Below, in pieces: positions 29,101 through 35,725 of a DNA stretch of 40,577 nt; position 1 is the stretch's first letter; the number at the start of each line of letters is the position of its first letter. Position numbers and translations under genes: made by a program. A model generated the notes under the pieces. It was not told the origin of the DNA, did not search any database, and was given only the letters and a program-made list of their open reading frames with translations. This stretch comes from Bacteroidales bacterium (GTDB lineage: Bacteria; Bacteroidota; Bacteroidia; Bacteroidales; UBA932), in contig JBAXYG010000001.1 of NCBI GenBank assembly GCA_041670905.1, positions 1 through 40,577 of the forward strand, given 5' to 3'.

Positions 29101-30351
29101 CATTATGACAAAGAGTGCTTTGAAGGGATTTATCAGATTTCTAATAAAGAGATTTGTGAAACAAGAATGACTTTACGCAAACGGCTGATAGATGAGGTAA
29201 AGGAGTGTATAAGTGATACTAATATAGCAAATCACTATTCACCGCGGCAAATAGTTAAAATAAAGAAAACGCTCAGAGATGATATCCTTACTATAGGATT
29301 TGCCCGTAGATTTGCTACATATAAGAGAGCGACTCTATTATTTAAGAGTCTTGACCGTTTAGATGAAATTGTAAATAATCCGGAACGTCCAGTTCAATTT
29401 TTGTTTGCAGGAAAAGCGCATCCGGCAGATAAAGCTGGTCAGGATTTGATTAAAAATATAATTGAGATTTCAAAAATGCCTCAATTTATTGGTAAAATTG
29501 TTTTTATCCCTAACTATGATATAAAAATAGCCAAGTTCCTTGTTCAGGGAGTTGATGTGTGGATGAATAATCCTACCAGGCCATTGGAGGCTTCAGGCAC
29601 CAGTGGAGAAAAGGCTGTCATGAATGGTGTAATGCACTTTTCAGTTCTTGACGGATGGTGGGTTGAAGGGTATAAAAAGGGAGCAGGATGGGCTTTGCCT
29701 ATGGAAAATACTTATGAAGATCAGAATTTTCAGGATGAACTTGATTCTGCTACTATATATAATATATTAGAGAATGAAATCGCCCCTGTTTTCTATAATA
29801 AAGGTGCGGAAGAACTATCATCAGAGTGGATTCAGATAATAAAGAATACGGTTGCGCAAGTTGCATGTAATTTTACCACCAATAGAATGCTTAATGATTA
29901 TTTCAATAAATATTATTTACCTCTCTATAAACGTCAGAAATTTTTGCTGGATAATGATTTTCGCCAGGCTCGTGAAATTGCTTTCTGGAAGAAGAAACTT
30001 CGCAGGGAGTGGGAGAATATAAGTGTAGTTTCTTTCACAAAACCAGATAATGCAAAAGAATCACTTGTTTTCGGTAAAGAATACAAGTCAGAATTGGTTG
30101 TTTCATTAGGGGATATTGATCCTGAAGACATTGGCGTTGAACTTGTACTTGCTGAACAAAATGCTAAAGGAGAATACAAGATAAAAGAAACATATGAATT
30201 TAAAGTTGTTGATAATAAAGACGGTTTAGTGACATATCAAGCCTATATTCTTCCTGACATTGCCGGAGCATATCATGTGGCTGGAAGAATGTATGCTAAA
30301 AATGAAAAGTTGCCTCATCGTCAAGATTTTGAATTAGTAAAATGGTTGTAG
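26113..30351 (+). CDS. fusion protein: GT3 glycogen synthase (aa 1 to ~555) + DUF3417/GT35 alpha-glucan phosphorylase (aa ~565 to 1412)
   Basis: The N-terminal half has FEVSWEVCNKIGGIHTV and SYYEPWGYTPLE (E-x7-E). The C-terminal half has NPSWNRVLINRQIPDRL...NMWWCWN (DUF3417), YSGGLGILAGDYLKESSD, TTHTPVPAGHD, and the PLP-lysine context EASGTSGEKAVMNG. It is a single uninterrupted 1412-codon frame. Confidence 0.9.
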   Translation: MKIEKTIIPDYLFEVSWEVCNKIGGIHTVIATKSLFLGKEFKKNHIHIGPDVWMDTKQNPEFTEDPLLFRSWKAAANEEGLRVRIGRWNVAGKPVAILVDFTQFISKKDEILTGFWKKFKVDSLSGNWEYIESALFGYAAGKVIESFVKFNVHPHHKVVAQFHEWMTGAGLLYIKDTNLPIGTIFTTHATIVGRCVAGKNLPLYDQMSHMNGDELAREFGVVARHSLEKAAAVNSDVFTTVSDITAIECEQFLERKVDIITPNGFENSFTPKEDEFKSYQDRARKKLLEVASIMSGQHYADDSILICISGRYEYRNKGIDVFIDALSRLNTGSYSGKKVLAFIMVPSGNNGPNKDLLAKMQNPSIDYTTNTTHYLIDDYDAITNRLKELNLKNRDSDEVSVFFAPTYLNGNDGIFNLSYYDLLVGMDLSIFPSYYEPWGYTPLESLAFMVPTVTTTLAGFGLWVQMHYPKNKSHRGIEIILRNDSNYDDVVNGVVDRIIEIAKLTPKDMLIYKQNAKDVSTIALWENNIVYYMNAYSIAIEKVIASKGEYPEIVDNKPQSYKKLCANNPSWNRVLINRQIPDRLKSLDTISKNMWWCWNENAIDLFRNIDKELWDLTDGNPIAVLDMINLKRYKELEKDEVFLQNLDSVYDSFNKYMDEKKHLKGPSVAYFCMEYGLDTSLKIYSGGLGILAGDYLKESSDMMVKITAVGLLYRYGYFTQHLSAMGDQVSTYEPQDFMKIPAIPVRDEDDNWITISVAFPGRNIYARLWRVDVGRTELYLLDTDFEDNLPKDRQVTHYLYGGDWENRLKQELLLGVGGIRALRALGIEADIYHCNEGHAAFTGVERLNEYISQDNLSFPEAMEVVRGSSLFTTHTPVPAGHDSFSEDLLRVYIAHYPARLKIDWQTLMGLGKLDACNSNEKFSMSILAANLSQEINGVSWMHGKVSRHILANMWPGYLPEELNVSYVTNGVHYPTWTAPEWKKIHAKVFGEKFLTHHYDKECFEGIYQISNKEICETRMTLRKRLIDEVKECISDTNIANHYSPRQIVKIKKTLRDDILTIGFARRFATYKRATLLFKSLDRLDEIVNNPERPVQFLFAGKAHPADKAGQDLIKNIIEISKMPQFIGKIVFIPNYDIKIAKFLVQGVDVWMNNPTRPLEASGTSGEKAVMNGVMHFSVLDGWWVEGYKKGAGWALPMENTYEDQNFQDELDSATIYNILENEIAPVFYNKGAEELSSEWIQIIKNTVAQVACNFTTNRMLNDYFNKYYLPLYKRQKFLLDNDFRQAREIAFWKKKLRREWENISVVSFTKPDNAKESLVFGKEYKSELVVSLGDIDPEDIGVELVLAEQNAKGEYKIKETYEFKVVDNKDGLVTYQAYILPDIAGAYHVAGRMYAKNEKLPHRQDFELVKWL

Positions 30352-31256
30352 CTGCTACCGGATTTTTTGATGGTGTTCATTTAGGGCACCGTAAAGTCAT
30401 TGAACAATTGTGTGAAATTGCCAAGAAGGAGAGTAAAGAAAGTGCCGTAATTACATTTTGGCCTCACCCAAGAAATATTCTGCAGCAAGATGCCGATAAA
30501 TTAAGATTACTTACTTCTCTAGAAGAGAAAAAGGCATTACTTAAGTCTTTGGGAGTGGATAATTTTTTTGTAATTCCTTTCGACAAATCATTCAGTATGC
30601 TATCTACTGAGGAATTTATAAAACGATATCTTATTGATATGTATCATGTCTCTACTCTGATTGTCGGATATGATCATCGTTTGGGGCATAAAGCCGGATG
30701 TAACGTACAAGATAACATATTTTCCATTGCACAAAGAGTCGGCATAAAGCCAGTAAGGGTCAGTGAATATGTTTCTGATGATTTTGTGGTGAGTTCAACC
30801 GTTATAAGGGATATGATAACGGCTGGAAAAATAACTGGTGCAAACAAAATGTTAGGTTATAGATACGGATTGCAAGGAGTTGTTGTTTCCGGAGAAAAAA
30901 TTGGCAGAACGTTTGGATTTCCGACTGCTAATATACAATTGTATGAACCTCTAAAATTGATACCAGGAAAAGGAGTTTATACTGTATGGGTGGAAGTTAT
31001 GGGAAAAACATATCTTGGAATATGTAATATTGGAAATCGTCCGACTATAGGAGACAATCGAGGAATAATTGTTGAGACACATATTCTTGATTTTGATGAA
31101 GACATCTATGGTCTTGATATCAAAATAGAGTTTGTAGATAGAATAAGAAGTGAAGTAAAATTCCGAACGAGGGATGAGCTGAGGGATCAACTTATTATGG
31201 ATAAGAAATATGCAGCGCATACTTTTCTTTTATCGGATAAAATTGTTTTAAGATAA
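30342..31256 (+). CDS. ribF: bifunctional riboflavin kinase / FAD synthetase
   Basis: GFFDGVHLGH nucleotidyltransferase motif and the kinase motif FGFPTANIQL. The start overlaps the upstream stop by 10 nt. Confidence 0.93.
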   Translation: MVVAATGFFDGVHLGHRKVIEQLCEIAKKESKESAVITFWPHPRNILQQDADKLRLLTSLEEKKALLKSLGVDNFFVIPFDKSFSMLSTEEFIKRYLIDMYHVSTLIVGYDHRLGHKAGCNVQDNIFSIAQRVGIKPVRVSEYVSDDFVVSSTVIRDMITAGKITGANKMLGYRYGLQGVVVSGEKIGRTFGFPTANIQLYEPLKLIPGKGVYTVWVEVMGKTYLGICNIGNRPTIGDNRGIIVETHILDFDEDIYGLDIKIEFVDRIRSEVKFRTRDELRDQLIMDKKYAAHTFLLSDKIVLR

Positions 31257-31264
31257 AAAAAGGT

Positions 31265-31272
31265 TATATTTG
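31265..31272 (+). promoter_or_regulatory. -7 promoter box (TATATTTG) upstream of the 31289 ORF
   Basis: Exact TAnnTTTG match 16 nt upstream of the ATG. Confidence 0.35.
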
Positions 31273-31288
31273 TAAAAAGCAAGAATAT

Positions 31289-31687
31289 ATGAGCATTTCG
31301 TCAATTTTGGTGCTAGTCTTTATTGTGTTGATTGGTATACTAAGTTCCGCAAAAAAGAAAGCTTTAAGTGAACAACAGGAACAAAGAAGAGCACAGCAAC
31401 GTAAAACTATTGTCTTTGATGAAGAGACAGGAGAATTGGTTATGAGAACCGTTGAGCCTGAACCTAAAACTGTATCCGAAAAAAAGATGGAAGTTGTTGA
31501 TAGGATGATTGATACCAAAAATGAAGACACTTCTTCCGGGAGTTATTCAGGGGTTCAAAGTTCTATATCATTAGATATAAATGAGGGGTTTGAGATTGAA
31601 AATAAGGAAACTAAAGGATTTGAAATAGATCCGAGTAATATGATTATATATTCCGAACTTATGAAGCCAAAATTTGGCGAATTTTAG
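31289..31687 (+). CDS. hypothetical N-terminally anchored acidic protein
   Basis: TM helix (ISSILVLVFIVLIGILS), then a charged, probably disordered region, and a duplicated GFEI(E/D) motif near the C-terminus. I recognise no family. It has its own promoter box. Confidence 0.5.
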   Translation: MSISSILVLVFIVLIGILSSAKKKALSEQQEQRRAQQRKTIVFDEETGELVMRTVEPEPKTVSEKKMEVVDRMIDTKNEDTSSGSYSGVQSSISLDINEGFEIENKETKGFEIDPSNMIIYSELMKPKFGEF

Positions 31688-31706
31688 GTTATAATTAAAA
31701 TTTTAT

Positions 31707-31714
31707 TACCTTTG
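31707..31714 (+). promoter_or_regulatory. -7 promoter box (TACCTTTG) upstream of greA
   Basis: Exact TAnnTTTG match 49 nt upstream of the greA ATG. Confidence 0.4.
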
Positions 31715-31725
31715 TAATAACAAAA

Positions 31726-31758
31726 GGGTCCTGATTAACAGGATTCTTTTTAATTTTT
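31726..31758 (+). terminator. intrinsic-terminator-like hairpin + U tract (terminator of the 31289 ORF and/or attenuator in the greA leader)
   Basis: GGGTCCTG-attaa-CAGGATTC forms an 8 bp stem including two G-U pairs, followed by TTTTTAATTTTT. It lies between the candidate greA -7 box and the greA ATG. Confidence 0.4.
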
Positions 31759-31763
31759 ATATT

Positions 31764-32234
31764 ATGTCGACAATACACTATTTAACACAAGAAGGTTTGG
31801 ATAATCTTAAAGCTGATTTGGCTGAAATGATTGCCCAGCGTCCGCTTATATCCAAGCAAATTGCAGAAGCAAGAGATAAGGGAGACCTTTCGGAGAATGC
31901 TGAATATGATGCTGCGCGTGAAGCTCAGGGACTCTTGGAACTTAAAATTTCTAAGATGGAGAATGTTATTGCCAATGCCAGGGTTATAGATGAATCTAAA
32001 ATAAATACTGAGCAGATTCAAATGTTAAATAAAGTCAAACTTAAAAATTTGACTAATAATACTATTGTTGAATATGTTCTTGTAGGAGAAAGTGAAGCTA
32101 ACTTCAGAGAGGGAAAACTTGCTGCTGCCACGCCTATTGGTAAAGCACTTATCGGACATCATAAAGGTGATGTGGTTGAAGTAAAAGTTCCTTCCGGTAT
32201 GTTGAGATTTGAAATTTTAGATATATCAATATAA
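31764..32234 (+). CDS. greA: transcription elongation factor GreA
   Basis: 156 aa, with the coiled-coil tip motif GDLSENAEYDAARE and a C-terminal FKBP-like domain. Confidence 0.96.
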   Translation: MSTIHYLTQEGLDNLKADLAEMIAQRPLISKQIAEARDKGDLSENAEYDAAREAQGLLELKISKMENVIANARVIDESKINTEQIQMLNKVKLKNLTNNTIVEYVLVGESEANFREGKLAAATPIGKALIGHHKGDVVEVKVPSGMLRFEILDISI

Positions 32235-32237
32235 GCC

Positions 32238-32639
32238 ATGTCATCAATATTTACAAAAATAGTAAATGGTGAGATTCCTTCATATAAAGTGGCGGAAGAT
32301 GACCGTTTTTATGCTTTTTTGGATATCAGTCCATTGACAGTAGGTCATACTTTGGTTATCCCAAAGGTTGAAGTAGATTATATTTTCGATCTTGACGATA
32401 AAACTTATAATGATTTGTTTGTTTTTGCTAAAAAGGTAGCAAAAGCTATTAAATTGTCTGTGCCTTGTAAAAGAGTAGGGGTTGCAGTGTTAGGAATGGA
32501 AGTGCCTCATGCTCATATACATCTTATTCCTTTGCAGACAGAAGGGGATATGGATTTCAGAAAAGAAAAGAAAAAACTTTCCGCAGTGGAATTTAATGAG
32601 ATTGCAAGTAAAATTGCAACAGCATTTGAAAAGTTATAA
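32238..32639 (+). CDS. HIT family (histidine triad) nucleotide hydrolase
   Basis: Histidine triad HAHIHLIP. Length is 133 aa. Confidence 0.92.
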   Translation: MSSIFTKIVNGEIPSYKVAEDDRFYAFLDISPLTVGHTLVIPKVEVDYIFDLDDKTYNDLFVFAKKVAKAIKLSVPCKRVGVAVLGMEVPHAHIHLIPLQTEGDMDFRKEKKKLSAVEFNEIASKIATAFEKL

Positions 32640-32643
32640 ACAT

Positions 32644-33780
32644 ATGAAAAAAATCCTATTATTAGCGTTTGTTGTGTTATTTGTGTCTTCATGTAATAAC
32701 ACACAGAATGCAAAGATAAATGCGACTATAACTGATGCAAAAGATGTAAAAGTTGTACTCCAAAAACTGAACTATAGTAAGATGAGTGTAATAGATACTA
32801 TCACTACTGATTCTGCCGGAAAATTCAAATATAAAGTGAAGCTTCCTAATTCTTCACCTAATTTTTATTATCTCTATATCAATGACACCAAAGTGGCCTC
32901 AATGGTACTATTGCCAAAAGACAACATAACCATTGTTGCTGATGGCAAGGGTTCTTATACTGTTGACGGCTCTCTTGAATCTTCAAATTTGAAGAAAATT
33001 GATAGTACTTTTTATGCTGCAGTTGCTAAAATGAACAGCTTAACAAAAGAGGCACAAACAATAAATACTGACAATAAAGATCAAGTTAAGAGTATAAACA
33101 GACAACGCGGTCAGGTGTATGTTCAGCAAAAAAGAGCAGCCATAAGACATATCATGGACAATCCTAATTCTATAACTTCTGCTGTTGTTTTATTTCAGAA
33201 ATTTGGAGAAAATCTCCCTGTTTTCGGAGAGATGTCAGACGTGATATTATTTAAAAGGGTATATGATTCATTACAGGTGGTCTATCCGGAATCAGAATTT
33301 ATGATAGCTCTTATGGATGAAATAAATGCAAGGGAAAAATTATTTGAATTTGAAAATAAGTTATCAAGCGCATCTGAGATAAGTTTTCCTGATTTGGTTT
33401 TACCTGATATGAATGGTAATCAAAGTATCCTGTCCAGTCTTACTGGAAAGGTTATAATGCTCTCTTTTTGGAGCGTAGCTCAGACTGAGCATAAAATGTT
33501 TAACAATGAATTAAAAGAGCTTTATTCAGTATATAGAGATAAGGGTTTTGAAATATACCAAGTAGCTCTTGATGTAGATAAACCAGTATGGGCATCGGCA
33601 GTGCAGAACCTTCCATGGATAAATGTAAATGATGGACTAGGAACAGCTTCTCCTGCAATAACTGCTTATAACATTAAAAAAATTCCTTCAAATTTCATTA
33701 TAAACAGAAAGGGTGATATTATAGCCCGTGATATTTTTGAAATAAGTAAGATGGAAGAGATAGTAAAGAAAGCTTTATAA
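32644..33780 (+). CDS. DUF4369 + TlpA/thioredoxin-fold lipoprotein lacking the CXXC active site
   Basis: Lipoprotein signal MKKILLLAFVVLFVSSC (Met46 of the track ORF). The C-terminal thioredoxin-fold pattern is FPDLVLPDMNGNQSILSSLTGKVIMLSFW...GFEIYQVALD...IPSNFIINRKGDII. The expected WCxxC is replaced by WSVAQTEHK. Confidence 0.8.
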   Translation: MKKILLLAFVVLFVSSCNNTQNAKINATITDAKDVKVVLQKLNYSKMSVIDTITTDSAGKFKYKVKLPNSSPNFYYLYINDTKVASMVLLPKDNITIVADGKGSYTVDGSLESSNLKKIDSTFYAAVAKMNSLTKEAQTINTDNKDQVKSINRQRGQVYVQQKRAAIRHIMDNPNSITSAVVLFQKFGENLPVFGEMSDVILFKRVYDSLQVVYPESEFMIALMDEINAREKLFEFENKLSSASEISFPDLVLPDMNGNQSILSSLTGKVIMLSFWSVAQTEHKMFNNELKELYSVYRDKGFEIYQVALDVDKPVWASAVQNLPWINVNDGLGTASPAITAYNIKKIPSNFIINRKGDIIARDIFEISKMEEIVKKAL

Positions 33781-34455
33781 TATAGATTTTTTGCTTATTC
33801 CGATAACAAATTCCTTAAGATATAAGGGTTCAAAGTATGCAACATCTTTGAACTCTTTTTTTTGTAAAGATTTTAAAGCTGGTGTAAGCATATAAGTGGC
33901 ATTTGGACAGCAACTTTCAAAGTATGCATTTGGATGATTGATTATAGACCTAAACTTATTTACTCCATCTCCGATGAAAAGAACCGTGTTGTTTTCCAAC
34001 TCATTTTTAAAACTGTTTTCGTCAAGTATTAGTGCCTCAGTTTTACTCTCCTGGATTCCTTCGGAATTAAAAATAGCAGTATATACCTCCATTCTGCGTG
34101 CATCAATCATAGGGACTATTTTTTTTGCTTTTTTAATTCCCTGCATAGCCAGTATTTCTAATGTGCCTACTGCCAATAACGGCTTATTTGCACCAAAACA
34201 CAATCCTTTTACTGTAGAAATTCCTACACGGAGTCCCGTATATGAACCAGGCCCTTCACTAACTGCTATTGCTGTGCAATTGGAAATACTTATACCGGCC
34301 TGTTCAATAACTTCCTTGATAAAAGGGGCAAGGAGTGAGGCATGTTGTTTAGGTGCGGATATTGTCCGTTCTGCGATTATTTTGTCTCCCGAAGATAATG
34401 CTACTGAGCAAGACTCAGTACTGGTTTCAATTAACAAAAGTATTGGGTCTGTCAT
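33775..34455 (-). CDS. tsaB: tRNA t6A37 threonylcarbamoyltransferase complex subunit TsaB
   Basis: N-terminus ILLIETSTESCSVALS and GPGSYTGLRVG. Length is 226 aa. Its ATG overlaps the stop of the upstream adaptor gene (ATGA). Confidence 0.9.
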   Translation of the reverse strand: MTDPILLLIETSTESCSVALSSGDKIIAERTISAPKQHASLLAPFIKEVIEQAGISISNCTAIAVSEGPGSYTGLRVGISTVKGLCFGANKPLLAVGTLEILAMQGIKKAKKIVPMIDARRMEVYTAIFNSEGIQESKTEALILDENSFKNELENNTVLFIGDGVNKFRSIINHPNAYFESCCPNATYMLTPALKSLQKKEFKDVAYFEPLYLKEFVIGISKKSIL

Positions 34456-35714
34456 TTCTTTGGTTCTTCTTTTTCTTCTTTTGCTTTTTCTGTCTTATCT
34501 TTTCCTTTGGCATCCTTTTCAAGTATTTTAACTTTTGACCCTTCTTTTAGAGTCTTACTAATGGCTATATAAGGTGAAACCACAACCTTATCATCTTTAT
34601 TAAGTCCAGATGTTACTTCAATAGAAGTAAGGTCTTGAATTCCTGTTGTGATAATCTTTGCAGATACCGTATTATCATCATTCAAAACCCATACTTGTTC
34701 TTTCAAGTCTCTAGATATGATACATTGTAGCGGGATGGTAATAATCCCTTCCTTTTTATTAGTCAAGATTGATACAGAAGCTGACATACCTGGCCGAAAA
34801 GGAATTATATTTTGACTTAACAGATCATTGTAGGATTCGGGAAGAATTGATACTTTTACTTCAAAATTCGTTACCTGCTCTACAGAAGAACCGATATTTT
34901 TAGCGGAATTTGCAATCTGTGTTACGATACCTTTGAATTTACGCCCGGGATAAGCATCAACTTCTATTTCGGCTGTATCGCATTGTTTGAGTCTTATAAT
35001 ATCATTTTCATTAACATCAACCAAAACCTCCATATTATCTAAATTAGCAATACGGAGCATCTCAGTACCAGCCATCTGGCTTGTCCCTACAACTCTTTCT
35101 CCACGTTCAATGCTCATTTTTGAAATGATACCGCTCATAGGTGCATATATTACGGTCTTTGTCAGGTTTTCGCGAGCTTCTTTTAAAGAAGCTTCACTGC
35201 TCTTAATTGTATATTCTGCAGCATTAAGTTGTTCTTTTGCTACCTCATAATTAGCCATTGCAGTTTCATATTCCGATTCAGAAATGGCTTTTTGCTCGTA
35301 TAAAGATTTATTCCTCTTGTAACTCAGTTCAATCTGGATCAACTGTGCTTTTTGTTGAAGAAATTGTGCTTTAGTTGCATTCAATGATGCTTCAGCTCTT
35401 TCAACGAGAGAAATATATACATCTTGTTTTATTTTAAGAATAAGATCCCCTTTATTTATCTCATTACCCTCTTCAAAGTTTAATTCAACAACTTCTCCGG
35501 ATACGTCTGGAGAAATTTTAACCTCTACTACCGGTTGAATTTTGCCGCTTGCCGGTATTGATTCAACTATATCTTTGGTAATTGGGGTTTCAACGGATAC
35601 TTCCGTTACATTTTTTCTTTTACCACTGAGTGCGGCAACTGCTATAACCAAAAGAATAACTGCCAATGCAATATACCAAGTCTTGATTTTTCTTTTTTTC
35701 TTTTTCTTTACCAT
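34452..35714 (-). CDS. periplasmic adaptor (membrane fusion protein, MacA/HlyD-type)
   Basis: N-terminal poly-Lys tail plus a TM anchor, a lipoyl-like motif (GDLILKI / IYAPMSGIIS) flanking a long alpha-hairpin, beta-barrel regions, and a K/E-rich C-terminal tail. It lies 11 nt downstream of the TolC gene. Confidence 0.9.
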   Translation of the reverse strand: MVKKKKKRKIKTWYIALAVILLVIAVAALSGKRKNVTEVSVETPITKDIVESIPASGKIQPVVEVKISPDVSGEVVELNFEEGNEINKGDLILKIKQDVYISLVERAEASLNATKAQFLQQKAQLIQIELSYKRNKSLYEQKAISESEYETAMANYEVAKEQLNAAEYTIKSSEASLKEARENLTKTVIYAPMSGIISKMSIERGERVVGTSQMAGTEMLRIANLDNMEVLVDVNENDIIRLKQCDTAEIEVDAYPGRKFKGIVTQIANSAKNIGSSVEQVTNFEVKVSILPESYNDLLSQNIIPFRPGMSASVSILTNKKEGIITIPLQCIISRDLKEQVWVLNDDNTVSAKIITTGIQDLTSIEVTSGLNKDDKVVVSPYIAISKTLKEGSKVKILEKDAKGKDKTEKAKEEKEEPKK

Positions 35715-35725
35715 AGTAAGTTTAT

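Noticed and set aside
30330-30390. RibF appears N-terminally short (only 7 residues before GFFDGVHLGH) and overlaps the fusion gene by 10 nt; considered as a frameshift or truncation
   Set aside because: An in-frame TGA at 30330-30332 rules out a longer N-terminus. The first beta-strand and the nucleotidyltransferase motif are intact. This looks like normal compact gene packing.
32509-32643. 45-codon N-terminal extension of the TlpA-like ORF overlapping the HIT gene
   Set aside because: The internal Met at 32644 gives a textbook lipoprotein signal peptide 4 nt after the HIT stop. The extension has no signal-like features.
33938-34531. 197-aa plus-strand ORF
   Set aside because: It is antisense to tsaB and the adaptor 3' end. 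It has no motifs and looks like the mirror image of a real gene.
34452-34540. Poly-purine/pyrimidine low-complexity tract (also at 35690-35714), giving poly-Phe plus-strand track ORFs
   Set aside because: These tracts simply encode the K/E-rich C-terminal tail and the poly-Lys N-terminus of the adaptor on the minus strand. They are not a repeat element.
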